From Podarcis erhardii (Eukaryota), in assembly GCA_964252035.1 (NCBI GenBank), contig CAXUOO010000139.1: a stretch of DNA of 58,337 bases, one strand, 5' to 3'. The stretch's first letter is position 1. The number at the start of each line of letters is the position of its first letter. This document shows positions 1 to 14,032 of the stretch, piece after piece. Position numbers and translations under genes: made by a program. The notes beneath the pieces are model-generated. The model did no database searches. It was not told the DNA's origin and saw only the letters and a list, made by a program, of their open reading frames with translations.

Positions 1-440
1 CAGTATACAAGCTCTAAAGCGAAAATGTATATGTATGTGATTTCCTCATTTAAGTAGTATCATGCTGCTTAGCTGCATACTAGCGTCGCAGTGTACATAT
101 GTATACCTATATCTAAATCTTCTGTGATTGTGTATTCCTCAAGTCAATTGTGTGCAATGTCTATATTGGGTTTGAAAGCTCCTGGAGCATTCATTATACG
201 TACACATATATAATATAAACGTTCAAGAACAGTGACTTCTTGTTAGATCAGGAGCACGCGCAGAAAGCGGTTTCCGTAGTGCATGTAGACGCCTCAAGGA
301 TGCAGTTGTATACTTGTATGTTTACATATATATACACGCTGGCACATATGTACATACATCTGCGTGTATTAGTGTAGTGGAGACAGCGTTGATTCATGCA
401 CATAATGTCAAGGTATTATTTTGTCACAACTAATACACGT

Positions 441-448
<8 letters not shown>

Positions 449-502
<54 letters not shown>
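449..502. repeat. (AT)27 microsatellite upstream of the first resolved CSL4 exon
   Basis: Perfect AT dinucleotide run read directly from the sequence. Confidence 0.95.
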
Positions 503-509
<7 letters not shown>

Positions 510-590
510 CGTCATATATGATTTGTATACAACATTTCGTAAGTGTAGCCAACAACAAGCATTATTTTATTTTGGGTTTTTCTTTCATAG

Positions 591-1602
591 GAGGAAGAGG
601 ACATTCTTCCCGAAATCTCAATAGCACCTTCCCGTCAAGCACATGCTGCCCTTCCTGTTGTTGGCTCAATCGTTTTCGCACAGGTATCAAGTAAAGCGGG
701 CACAGCGTCTAAAGTTTCTCTTTGGACTATAGATATCTGAGCGGAAAATTGCGTTGATGCAAAGTTGTCCGAATTGTTTGTTCGAATATGATATATGTAT
801 CGTTTGTGTATCTCTAAACTGTAATACCTGTTTGCAGCTTCTCAAGTGAGACAGCCATTGCTGTTTCGATTCATAATGTCACGCAGAGTACATGTCACTC
901 TCTCTAGTACACATGTAGGTATCTACTGTATACATGCGTGTATGCATATAATTAATATATATTATTCCTGGAAAATAGTGGATATCTATGTACGCGAGCA
1001 TAGCTTAATAGTGTTTTGATTGATTTGGCGAAAGCCGTTCTGAATGCGTTGTTGCGACAATTGGGCATCTGTGTAGATTTCCTCGTCTGTCTAGTGTATG
1101 CGATTGCCACACATATTCCCCAAACCCACGGAAACGATATGCATTTATCTCTGCTGGTGTATAGACATCCTCAGATTGCTGCACCTATGTGCGAGCGTAT
1201 ATATGTGTATAGGTGTATATATATATATATATATATAAGTACGTTAAATCTGGACAAATGTGATTTGTACATCAAAGCAAATACTCACATACATATTAAA
1301 TTGATGAAGAATGCCAGTGCAACATGGCATTCTTCTAAAGTCTTTTTTGACGTACATATACATTTATATATATATAGTATGAGCTGATTCACAGCGTAGT
1401 TATTGTTTGCTAGTTCATGTAGTTCATACGAATGGTCAATAATGTAGTGCAATGCGATTTAATCCGTCTCAACAGCCCCTTACTTTTTTGCAGGAAAATA
1501 TACTTTTCAATAATTAACATTAGCTCTTTTCTAACACGTTTGTATTCTATAATCTGTGGGGTATACTGCGTACATATACATATGTTTTTACACGTGCGCA
1601 AA

Positions 1603-1690
<88 letters not shown>

Positions 1691-2220
1691 TAGTCTAGCA
1701 ACTACGTCTTGCAAGTTGCGAAATATCGTTGACTACTTACTGCAATCCCTAATCTTCAGTAACTTCTTCTTCTCTTTGCACAGCACTCGTTTCGTTCATA
1801 CACGGTCTATCGAGCGTAATTTCTCCTCTGCAAAGAATTTTGTTCTACAGGTTGCGAAAGTTACTTTATGGCAAGTGGAATGCAGCATAATAGGTGTCGA
1901 TGGGCATTCTCTAGCTGAGCCTTTTAAAGGCGTTATCAGGTATTGACAGCTTTTTACCGTCCCGTAGAGTTGCATATCTATTTATGCATATCCAGAGTAA
2001 ATTTGCAGACCTGACATGAATATATTATATATATATACATATAAATATTTATATATATACGAATCATGTATACATACATAAGCGCACGCCTATGCGCTGT
2101 TGTTTAGAGATTTTTTTGCGTCAGCATATGCGTGATAGCGGTGTTTTGCTTTGCGCAGTTAGCTTGCCGATCCTCGGTCGAGAGACGTGTACGTGTCGAT
2201 TACACGCCTTTTGATACTTC

Positions 2221-2261
<41 letters not shown>

Positions 2262-2802
2262 TGTATATATGCCAAATACACTCATGCACGTGTCACACAT
2301 TTTTTATGCCTCATATGTGTATATATATATGTTTACATATATATGTATATATATTGTGTAAAAAAATACGTAAAACGTCTACTGCAGATAAAGCGTTGTG
2401 AGTGTATATCAAATTCAACCGTTTACAACTGAAGGTATGCCTTCGTAACCAGGTCCGTTCGTTCTATCATGACTCAATATAGTCTGGATTACTCCATATG
2501 CACGCGTGGGTACGTACCTGAAAAATTTTACATGGGAAGGAGTCTAGAAAACTTCTTTCAGGGTTTTTCGGAGATATATTTGACCTACTTTTAGCTACGC
2601 AGCCTGTGGTGTGTGCGCAGGGCTCAAGATATACGAGAAGTAGAAGTGGATAGCGTTAATATTCTAGAATGCTATCACACCTCTGATGTTGTCCGAGCGA
2701 AAGTTGTAAGTCATACTGAGAAGCTTGCACGCCAACGTCTGCCATGTTTTGAAGAACATTTTCTCAAAGACGTGTATTTAACAATGTATACGTCAAGATA
2801 AC

Positions 2803-2834
<32 letters not shown>

Positions 2835-5702
2835 TGCTTTTTTGTCTTGCAGTTGAGCCTTGATAGATACGTGTAGATACTTTACTTACGTCTTATAGGT
2901 CTGTCTGTGCCTTTCACACAAATTTTTTCAAAAGTATACAAAAAGACTTTTATACAATAAACGTCTCGTTTCGTACACGGAATAGATGAAAAATCAGCAG
3001 CAACAAGGACAGCATTAGCAGATTAAGTACCACAAGCAAAAACAGCGAGCAGGATTGTCAACAAGGAACCGTTGTGATAGAGGGAGAAGGAGATGTACTA
3101 TATCCCTTCCTTCTTCTCCATGGCATTGCGGCGGATGCATATCGCGACACAGATATTTATATACCTGTATCAATATATAGGTTTTCCTCTTCTCTCAATC
3201 TTTTGCTGTCTTATGTTCCTCTACGGTCTTGCTTCTTGTTTTCGTGTCTCTTTGCGCATTCACAGAAAAATATTCACTCTCTTCACTCTTTTTGTAGGCG
3301 TGTACTAACCCATTATCTCCTCTCTAATGACGCTTCGGTCAACTCCTGCATTACGCTGTGCATCAATACTATACATATCGATTATTTCATTATTGGAGGT
3401 GCTATGCAATAGTATTTCTCTTTTTGGTGACAAAGAGTCTCGTATATCTCCAAAATTGTACTCGACATTTTGAGACAGGTCTAAGATGTGGCGCGAACCT
3501 AAAAGAGATTGAAATTATTACACCGAAGTAGTACTGAATTCAAAATATAGAGTGGAGGCTGTGGATCTGATATCAAGCTTTCTATTTTTGTGGATATCAC
3601 AATTTCACTATTGGCTTACTTCTTGGTTAGGCACAGAAGCCTTCGATTAGGCATATCATAGTTGCTTCAGTTCCGTCGTTGACCTAATGTATATATCCAT
3701 GCGTGCGTCTGTGTGTATTGTACGAATGTGCTATCTAAATATTGACAGGCTCCCTGTACCGGCGTCGAACACGGATTCTGCAATTCACATTCTGTCCTTG
3801 TATGCTTGTGGTCTTTCCTTGTGCATGAATTTTTTCCAGATTATTCGCGTGCTCAAGTTAGAAGGAATTAAGATTTTTTTTTTGCTCGAGATGTCACTGC
3901 TTTATGTCCGCATCAAACACTACACAGACCGCTTAAGTACTGCTGTGTTCTTTTTACTTGAAACTCATTTCGTTTGTAGACGGTGAGTAATCTCATATAC
4001 TCTATGCCTGTGTGATCTCACTTTCTTGTTTACCAGTGCTAGTCATTCCACCCATATGCTATTCATATATTGTAGAAAATTGAATTTTTCTCTTTCTTTG
4101 CAATCTTTTTGTACCTTAGGTAAAGGTCACTCATCTCGCGAATGTTATCTAGTGACAGCCGCTGCCCACTTGCCTTCTATCTGCTCCCATATGCCGCCTT
4201 TTCCCCCCTGTATGAACTTTCCTGGCCCTATTTTCACTAGATCTTCTAAACTGATTTCCACACTTTCCGTGTTCAATTACTCGTTCTGCGCTTTCACTTT
4301 CTTTTATATTCAGTGGAATTTTTCTGAATATAATATCGTTCTTTCTTTTCTCTCATCATTTCCACTTCGATCGAATGCATGTGTACATACATGCGTATGC
4401 ACGCTTGTACACTTACAGGCGACACGTACATATATATATATATATATATATATATCAGATCTTCTTAATTCATATAGATGTTTGATGTACGCCAATAAGT
4501 TAATGTATGTCTATACTTATGGAATACTGTTTTTGGATGCATGTGGGCAAGTATTCATAGTTTTCCATTAATTATGTCTGTTATATACTGATTGATGCAA
4601 ACATATATATATATATATATACATATATTATTAACCGAGTCTTTTACCTACAAGTCTCAAAATTTATATGCATTATACGTTTGTAATATCATCTATCTAC
4701 TCATATATATGTACATACATGCATATATCTGCATATTCAAGATCTGCTTAGACTGTTTGATGTTTCATTAAATGCTCATATATATATATATATATATGTA
4801 TATATTCAATGTATTCTACACGCACAGCTGTCGGTGGCGGATCCGCGCTGCTACTTGCTGTCGACGGCAGCCCCTGATTTGGGTGTATTGTTCGCGCAAG
4901 CTGAAGAAGGCGCTCAATTACGCCCTGTAACTACGAGATTGATGCGTTGTGATTTGTCTGGCAGACTTTACAGGAGGTAAGCTCTACTCGTAAAACCAGG
5001 ATAGGTAGCTTTATTCTTTGAATGGGATCAAACCTTTATATTTACATATATATATATCATCGTGTATCTGATTTGCTGGCTAGTCGGTTCATGTCAGACG
5101 AACCTCTTTTTAACTTAGACCACTTTTTTTGAATAGAACCCGTATATTTCTGGTAATTACAATTTTTAAGCACATACACATAAGTATACATGAATTCTCA
5201 ATTGTTTGCAATTGCATGATTACGGAAGTAAAAAAATTGATCCTATTTTTACAAAAACTTCAGCGTCCGCCGTATGCATATTAGACGTATACTTTAGTGT
5301 CGAATTTCAATTTATACATATTGTTCTGTATGTGTATATATACGGTGAGAGCGAGAGTGATAGAAGAGGGAGGAAAAGGAGAAATAAGATGGAGAGAGAG
5401 AGAGCATAAGAGACAAAGTTGAATCTAGCACGGGCTGTATATGCGCATGTCAAGGCATGCAGAAATTGATATGCTAGGATCAACAGAAGCACCTACGCAT
5501 CTCGTTCTACAATCAATGTGAAAGGAAAATTTGGAGATCTACTCATTGTGCACAGAAGACATTAAGGCAGAGCTTTACGCACTTGTACAGAAAAGACTGA
5601 GAGCATTTGAATCTATATTTGTGGATATAAGCATTTGTACATGTGCCCTGTTCTAGTCGACTAGTAATAAAGGTAAAGAATGGATGGAGCAGGGCAGCTG
5701 GG

Positions 5703-5746
<44 letters not shown>

Positions 5747-6346
5747 TAGAACTGTGTGCCTTATCATACACTCAAAAAACCCTATAAACGTAAGAAGAAA
5801 TATATATATACATATATATATTTTGGCTGCATCTTGACTCGCGTTGCTTTGCGCAAACTTTAATTGTACGTTTGTTTAACGTCGGCGTACTTACAGCAGC
5901 CTGTGAAATGTGGCCAAAAAGGGATACACGGCGAAAAAAACCTTTATTTATAACTTTACAGTAATTCAACATCTCTTGCGCAAATTGTTATTGTACGTTT
6001 GTTTAAGCTCGGCATACTTACGGGAGCCTGTGAACATTAGCCAAACAGTTCTACTTAGCAAATTTTGCTACTGACGTAAAAAAACTGTATCTGAAAACAA
6101 GAACTTCCCATTAATTCAATATTTTTACCGCCTGAGCTAATTAGCGGTGTGTAAATGAAAAATTTTTCCAGGACATTGCAAAAGTTTCGCATACTTGAAT
6201 TTCAAAAAATTACAAACTTGTTATTCAGTTCGCTGTCTCACACTTGATAACATGATTATTTGTTACACCGCCCTAATTTTTTGATTCGTTTGTTTTTCAG
6301 GAAGGTGGCTGTCCCGACGACATCAATGAATGTGCAAAGGCTCTAA
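591..6346 (+). CDS. CSL4: Exosome complex component CSL4 (EXOSC1 family), 5'-partial; exons 591-683, 1851-1939, 2621-2705, 4828-4976, 6301-6346
   Basis: All four introns are GT-AG and phase-consistent. Spliced product: EEEDILPEISIAPSRQAHAALPVVGSIVFAQ|VAKVTLWQVECSIIGVDGHSLAEPFKGVIR|AQDIREVEVDSVNILECYHTSDVVRAKV|LSVADPRCYLLSTAAPDLGVLFAQAEEGAQLRPVTTRLMRCDLSGRLYRR|KVAVPTTSMNVQRL*. This matches the Csl4 S1 domain and C-terminal pattern from memory (LPxVGxIV..KV, FxGxIRxxD, DxVxAKVxS, YLLSTA..LGV, RKVA). The N-terminal exon(s) could not be placed with confidence. Confidence 0.92.
1606..1687. repeat. (AT)41 microsatellite, the longest seen; similar (TA)n tracts occur in most introns of the window
   Basis: Perfect AT run read directly; such runs generate the spurious YIYIYI ORFs in the track. 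Confidence 0.95.
5849..6045 (+). repeat. Two imperfect ~70-bp direct repeats (5849-5918 and 5976-6045) in the last CSL4 intron
   Basis: ttgcgcaaactttaattgtacgtttgtttaacgtcggcgtacttacagcagcctgtgaaatgtggccaaa versus ttgcgcaaattgttattgtacgtttgtttaagctcggcatacttacgggagcctgtgaacattagccaaa; offset 127 bp. Confidence 0.85.
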
Positions 6347-7269
6347 TGCGAGTCAAATGCATATGTACTTTACCTTTGGGTACAGATAGAAATATATATA
6401 TTATATTTTTTTTTTTGCGCCTATTTTTTCACTTCGCGCTTTGTTGGAAACTGATGTGAAACGTTTCTTACCGAAGCAAGTCAACAAGGGGTAATGCACC
6501 GACATGGAGGTGTCGAGAAAGACGAGTAAAAGAATTTGAACAAAGTGGCAATGTAGGCCTGAGGCTTACGTACATAAGTGTGATATATATGTGCTGGGTG
6601 TATGGTTCAAGAGCGAGGAACCCGCGCTGGCGCCAGATCGACTTCAAGTCACAAAGAATTTTTGATGAAATCCGACCGATGTTTACGTTGTATTTTGTGG
6701 CACAGATTTGTATTTTACTGTCTTTTTAAAGGGATGAAACTGCAGCACACACCTGTACCAGACCTGCAACCATTGGCAAACCTGAGTGGAGCACGCAGCA
6801 GCTCCCAGATCGACATGCATAAGTTGACTTTTGCTTGATGTGTCACGCAGGCGATGTAATTCTACGTATTGAGTCTATGCTTCTTTGTACTAGTTGCATA
6901 TATTTTCTTTAGGTTTTTGGATACCTCAATGTGAACGGTCGAGGGTGCTCAGCTTTGCTGCATAATAGAGCCAGCCGCCATATCAGGGGGCAATGATCCG
7001 AACTGAATTGTGATTCCGGAGCGGCAAAGTTAACATTACTAACGTGCTGTTATTATTGAACACGATTCAATTGCACGATGATGCTTTAAGACAAACGAAC
7101 CGTGAGCATTCCTTTATTTTGAATTCCATGGTGTATACTTTCATCCGATTTGCTTACTACTGCGCAGACTCCTGTGTGACGGTGATATTCTTCGCTAGTA
7201 GAATGGTAATGCAAGAGAGTCACCGAATATTCCATTGATCACAGGTGAACTTTCCGAAACGTCTAAATC

Positions 7270-7305
<36 letters not shown>

Positions 7306-8266
7306 CTTATGCACATAAAACTTTTGCGAAAAAACGCTGCATCTTACGGTCTCACCTTAGAATTCACCTTCTTTTTCAAACTTCTGGAAGACCTCTGCCG
7401 AGCACTATCGACAGCTGCCCACATGACTATCATTTCATGTTAGGGCTTGACGAGTTGAAAAGCAGCATACTACATTCAGATTTCTTCCCTGCTATGTAAG
7501 CTAGTCAAAATTGAACAGCTACTTTCTTTCAGGCTCTCCCTTCTGCGACGTGTTCGAATCGCAAAACCTGTTTCTGCAGGAATTTTGCTCGTTGATGCAC
7601 AACTGCCGAAAGGCTTGCGACGTAATTTCAGTGTAATTCTTCCAGGTGAACATCTGTCTCTCAATACCATTCAGGTGGTCAGATGATTCGCGGCAAGCTA
7701 TAAACCACAAATTTCTGTAAAGTTCAGTCTCCGCTTGTAACCGCTGCTTTCTAATTCCTCGTTGGTATAAATTCCAGCGAACACTTGACATTCGCCTATA
7801 TGTATATATATATATATATATCACACTGTTGTTTCAAATGCCCATATTTACAAGACGCAAGAATATATGAGCATTCACGGTCAGATGGTTGACAATTGAC
7901 TAGTACTTGCTAAAGCTATCAGATTGTTGCATGCTTTTCCTGCTTATCGATTAAAGTAAAATGCGTATTTAAGAAAAATATGACATTTTTATTCGCCTGG
8001 ATGAGTCCTGCCAGCTGCAGCTCTTTTGAATTGTAGTCTGTTTTGCGTTTTCACTTCAATAAAAATATTCCAGAGCTTAAAATTTTTTAAGACTAGCTCA
8101 ACTTGACCATGTATATACGCTGTGTATGGAAGCATATCAGCATGTTTTGCAACTGTTGTTCCACTCACATGAATAGAACGTCCCAGCCGAACAACGGTAC
8201 CATTATCACACTTTGAGCGCAGCATTTTTTTGAAGTGCATTGAGTATGACGCAAAAAGTTCAAAAG

Positions 8267-8304
<38 letters not shown>

Positions 8305-9138
8305 AAGTGTTGTCAGTCGCTGTGACGGTGAACATGCGGATCTACTATATATATATATATATATATATATACACAAAGTATACAGGCACTTATTCACGCA
8401 TGCAGCCTGCATTTATGTGCGTTCAAGGAGAACCAAGCTGCTGGGCACTGTATTTATTTGTATTATTCCTGTATCTGAGAATGCCCATAAAAATGTAGAA
8501 TCGACGCTATGTAATTCAGGTTATCTGCCTGGAATACAAGTGATTTACTAAAAGAATAAGGCGGGGGAAGCAACTATAAAGAATCCCCTTCGCTGCTTTT
8601 TAAACTATAGCTGAACAACATAAATATATAAATGTATTTTATATATATAGAGAGAGAGGAATTAAGTCTCTTCGGGTTTATTGCAGAAGCTGAATTGCAC
8701 AAAAGTATATATATTCATGTAGATGTACACATAAGTGTATATTTTAAGCATGAATTCTTTCAAAGTGCGATCACTCGCTAGCAGAACTGGCAGCTGACTT
8801 TACCATCGGCGAGAAAGAATGTGAGATACTCGAACAATTATTTTACTAATAAACGACGAACAAAGTTGCTAGTAAAGACCAGAAATATGATTGACTCATA
8901 TCTGCGACATCTCGATAGGCGATCAAGATAAGCGGGCCATGCGTGACACGTGCATGAAAAAAAACTCAAGCGCCAACTGAAAAGCACCCACATTCACGAT
9001 ATTCTTCACAAAAGTTACCCTGCACTCGCATTGAGACCATACATTACTGTCCACAACCTTCCGTTGAGGTGCGGCCAAACAAATACAGTGAAGGTTGTCG
9101 CTGATGTACTTCCGTATGTTCACAAATATATATATATA

Positions 9139-9183
<45 letters not shown>

Positions 9184-9324
9184 TTACGCTTATAGCCTCT
9201 AAACGTATATGCATACGTTTAACATCATAAGAAGTTCATTCAGACCAAATACGGGGATATTGCTTCCCATTGTTAAAATCATTTGATACTGTATTGTAGA
9301 TTTGAGGCACAAAGATATTCAATG

Positions 9325-10617
9325 TCACTGAGCACGGACGAAGCAGCAAAGCCGTTGATTCCATTCGTTCTTTTTCAGACCTGCGGTCTTGCCCTCGTAC
9401 AAAGCCGTCGGAGTTACAGGAATGAAAGTGGTGGTAGAGCGCTCATTTACCTGTTTAATTGGGGGTATATAAGCGTAATTGTCTGGATCAGGCACAGCGT
9501 GCACCACTTGCTTGCGCGGCTCCCATGGCTTGCAATAAGGTTTTGTCTGGTCTATGATCGGCTTTATCGGAGCAAATTTGTAAACACTTTCTCGGAACGC
9601 GTCCAAACCGGCAATTCTTTCATTATGCGGGAAGTTGGTGCCCGCACACTGACTTTGATCTGCCAAGGTGTGAGAGCTTTTATAAAGTTCGTGTATATTG
9701 TCTGGCATCACCCCTGGAGTTTGCGCATGAAAAGTAGTCATACGTTCGTTTTTAGAATTTTTTCTACTTTCTGCATCCCTTGCCACTGCAAGTGAAAAAG
9801 AGTCATGTCTCAGGTCTGGAGCTTGTAATGTTTCGTACAGCTTATACTGGCGTGCTGTTTCTGGGTGATGCAAAACGGCGTCGCGGCCGCTGTCGTAAGA
9901 AAGTATTTCCGTTTTTCTGTCGAAGTATTTGTATGCAGCATGTGTGGTCGATTCTCCAAGTGCGGGCACACTTATACGTTCTTCTTCTTTGAGGGGATAT
10001 GTGAAACTAGAGCCTGGGACGTGCGGCGGAGGCTTCTCACTCACGCCCCATGAGGGTTTTCCGTATTGAGGTAAAGTTAAAAACTTTGTGTCAACGCAAG
10101 CAGACGGTGGCACCAAGGCCCTCACGGAAGAGTTGTCATTATGCGTTTCTTTAGTGGTTGTTTTGAATGTGTTAAGCACCGCGAAAGGCTCAGTATCGGC
10201 ATGTTGCATATTGACGCAGCGTAACAAATGTTTCTGAGGGTCTGATTGGGAAAGATTAAGCGTAGGCATGTTGGACTCATCATTTTGGCGCCCAGCCAGT
10301 GGATTCTTCACCGAATTGATATCGTTGTATTCATTGGCGTAAGTTGTTTCGAATCCAGAAGCAGTATACGACGTTTGTGTACGGGAGGAATCACCAAATG
10401 GTGACGGAAGATGAGAACAACCATGGGCGGTAGTTGCAAAATTGGAGCCGAGCGTCAAAGAAGAGCATTCTCCTCGACCAGTAGGAACACCTGCAGCGAT
10501 CCTGTTTCTAGTAATCGGGGGGGTAAAATCCTCTATATACGATGTAAGATATTGTTCTCTGATGGTGCAGTCTGGCGCGGACGCCGTTCCGCCTGCAATA
10601 TGAAGGTGAGGATTCAT
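9325..10617 (-). CDS. Hypothetical protein (~430 aa), candidate microtubule inner protein with Mn/SAXO-like motifs; may be one large exon of a longer gene
   Basis: 1.3-kb uninterrupted ORF, GC-richer than its flanks and free of microsatellites. First true ATG is at 10617 (MNPHL...), with a possible acceptor ttaatcccag just upstream. Recurrent motifs YLTSYIEDF, FETTYANEY, FKTTTKETH, ESTTHAAY and RMTTFHAQ. Coding status is well supported; the function is inference only. Confidence 0.75.
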   Translation of the reverse strand: MNPHLHIAGGTASAPDCTIREQYLTSYIEDFTPPITRNRIAAGVPTGRGECSSLTLGSNFATTAHGCSHLPSPFGDSSRTQTSYTASGFETTYANEYNDINSVKNPLAGRQNDESNMPTLNLSQSDPQKHLLRCVNMQHADTEPFAVLNTFKTTTKETHNDNSSVRALVPPSACVDTKFLTLPQYGKPSWGVSEKPPPHVPGSSFTYPLKEEERISVPALGESTTHAAYKYFDRKTEILSYDSGRDAVLHHPETARQYKLYETLQAPDLRHDSFSLAVARDAESRKNSKNERMTTFHAQTPGVMPDNIHELYKSSHTLADQSQCAGTNFPHNERIAGLDAFRESVYKFAPIKPIIDQTKPYCKPWEPRKQVVHAVPDPDNYAYIPPIKQVNERSTTTFIPVTPTALYEGKTAGLKKNEWNQRLCCFVRAQ

Positions 10618-11898
10618 GAGGGAGCGCAAGCTGGGATTAACAAGAAACCTGATTCAATGCCGTGTAGGAATAAGAGAGGCCGCTCGCAATTTGCATAAGC
10701 AGATCGGCTGCAATTGGATTACACTAAACAACACACACTATTCTAAATCTGATGACACGATGGAAAAGCAATGAGAGAAAAACAAAAACGTAAGTCGCGG
10801 GTTACTCAATGGGCGTGCTGGATTGTACTTTATCAAAGTCATTTTTGTGTAAGCACACTCTCGGAGCTTTGGGGCTCATTTCTCAGCAGTACTTCACGGC
10901 TTTTCACACATATCCGACGACAGCTTTACGCAGGAGTTGAACGTCACACTGGAACTTTGCAGCATTGTTTTCAATTGTGGATCAATAGCCGACAACATCT
11001 ATAGGCGGAAGTTTCCATTGCGAAAGTATTTGTTTGATAATTAGAACGTTTGCTACTTAAGTTTGCTGACTCTGATCAGTTACTCAATGCACAAACAAGC
11101 AGCAAGTAGGATCGCTAAAATTTGAGACCAAGCTCTTTAGATAAGCGTCTGGTTGCATTTATCTACGAGCAAAGCTATAGATAACTGCAAATTCAGCATG
11201 TACAGTCGAAAAGAGCATTGAGTCATTCAATCGAAAGTTGAAACAGATGCGCAAAAACAAAGGAATTTTGCTCTAAATTTATGGTGTCACCGTGCAAAAG
11301 TTTGTGTTGAGCCAAACATGTGATCAAGAAGTTGCGATCTACGATTCGTGAGGCTTGGCGAAGATTCCGTCGGCAAATTTTTATTCTGCTTCCAGGCTTC
11401 CCTTATCTTATTGCGATACGAAGATTTTCTGCACGGATGTGTAACTGCGCAAGAAATGCGCGTTTTTCGTATTAGACGTCAGTTATGATTTGACCAGAGG
11501 GAAGTTACTGATGGAAGGAACATCTGTCGCACCGCAAAAGTTTGCGCACATCTCTGAAGGTTAACGTCACTTACATTCAAATTGCTGTATAAAGACCAAT
11601 GGTCAATTTTTCTGCTTTACTGCCACAGTGTCCCCAAAATGAGGAAAATTTTTGACAGTCTGTTAGAACTCTGTAGTCGTTGAAGCAATCTGGGAAAATA
11701 CATCTGCACATCTTACCCCAGCTTGCACATGTGGGGAACAGCATATGGAAACGCTGACCGCCGCACAAGGCAGAATTCCGTTTAGAACGGGAAAGGGACC
11801 TATCGATAAGTTTGAAATTTTAATTCTGCTCAGACACGAGAAGCGTATTTTAGTGCCTAGTCGAATAAGTGTTTCAGCATGCATATCTGGATTTATAC

Positions 11899-11942
<44 letters not shown>

Positions 11943-13989
11943 GTATGTTTAGTCTCTTCTGAAGTGGGATTGCTCAAACATGTCCCAACACATAGATGCT
12001 ATTATAAAGCCTATCTGCAAAAATTTCTGAGTTGACCTCCGCATGATGAAAATCTGAACATGTATCAACATACAATATACAATTATCGGGCAAGGGATCA
12101 CTTAGCCTTTGAAGCGTAGTGAGTAAAGAGGATTAGAAAAGAGTATCTGCACTTAATAAACAGATGCATAAATACTTAAGTACGCGTACCATATGTTTGT
12201 GTATCTAATATGTATAATTCTATAAATATACTGTGGCTGTGAAAGACAGATATGGACTGTCTTTCTCGAAAATGTGCAATCAAGCGTGGAATTCATCGAT
12301 ACACTTGCTATACCCTTGACTTAACATCTTTTGCAACTTTTATGTTCAAGGTTTTCCTTTTGTGTAAGTCACGTCCGACAACATTTACGACAATTGAAAT
12401 AAAGTGTTGAATACGCTATTGTTTTGCGAGTAGTATGTTTCAAATAAAACGCCGAGTACAGCTGTTTTGTCAGGACGCAATCTTGTACTCAAAACTACTG
12501 TGTTAATACCAAAATTTTCAAGGTGATCGTACGACACAAACGCGATCACAGTTTGTCTAGCCACACGCCCCCATCAAGTGAAAAAAAAAATGAAGTAAAT
12601 AACTGTGAACTGCATACTAGTACATATAGTTACGTATGTATCTGAAGTTTGCCTGTACAAGCATATAAATGTGCCAATAAGTTAGCAAGAGACATGCCTC
12701 TTCCACCATTGTACTTGCAGATATGCGTATCGTTCTTTGTTCACCTCTACTTATCTTTATATATATATATATATACATATATACATATGCGAGGTTATAC
12801 CTCCATATGCTCCTTTCACATATACCAAATGCAGTATTGGTGCACATTGCAGATTTGGGTTGTTTTATCGAAGTTCTGCATTTGGGCAACTAAAATATAT
12901 GTAGAGTATTCGATAAGTTTAACTTCTCGCCTTTGTACTGACAGCTTTCAAAAAAGGCAATAAAGCTCCCTAGGGATTGTATGGAAATACGTAGACACTT
13001 CAGTAGAGGCTGTTGATAGGAGAACGTGTACGCTTGCATAAATATATCATTCAATTATTCCGTGCTAAAAAAAGCACATGAGCGTCGGAATGTTTGCAAT
13101 AACTTGTGACGTGATAATGCGGGGCAGCCAGGCTGTTTGTTGCATACATCGTAATGTATATACATATGTATTCTATCCAGTTCGAGTCTCTTGAAGCTGT
13201 GAACAAGCGCACGTTGAACACAGGCCAGCTCTACCGATGTATGTTGCAAATGAACTGCGACACTAAAGTAACCTGGATCCGAGAGCGGCCTAGTTGTTAA
13301 AATATAGAAATTGAGCCTTTCCGTCATAGTCAAGGCTACTTGTGACTGCGTTTGAACTAATCATTCTGCTTACGATGAGTCATAGATTAGTTGATGTATA
13401 AATGAACAGAGCTTTGCGCGACAGAATTGTTGGTAACTGAACAAACTTTTCACGCATGAATTGACAAATGAGAATCTACATTTTTATTGTGTGGTCAGGC
13501 GTTTGAAGGTCTATGTTTTGTCTGAGCAATTGCAGCTTACTTTTGCCAGGAAGATCCTGTATAATATATGAACTTGCAGTGAGGAAATGGGTGATTATTT
13601 AGTCTCAGAGCGTGGTAGGCTACGCTGATACGCGCTTCTACTGCGGGCAAGTTGATTTTATTCGTTTTTGATGTGTATATATATATGTAACTATGTCATA
13701 CACACCCACAAACGCTCAGACGTACAATCTAACAATTCTGTAGAAAAAACGTGTGGATTATTTTGCCTCAATAAATATATCAGTTACTTTTTTCGCAAGT
13801 GTACAAAAATCTATATACTCTAATAAGCATGTATACATAATGTCACACTCCAGTACAGATTCAAAAGACACACACAGGGTTTAAATGGCCTCCAAAGCCT
13901 ACTTTTCAATAACAAGAGTTTGACAAATACTGTACGGGACGCATCGCTCATCTCTTACTCATGTCCTTTTACATGCATACATTTGTATA

Positions 13990-14032
<43 letters not shown>

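Noticed and set aside
6925-7046. EEP-family nuclease suggested by the peptide SDHCP
   Set aside because: Five-residue match only; no other EEP motifs found in neighbouring exon candidates.
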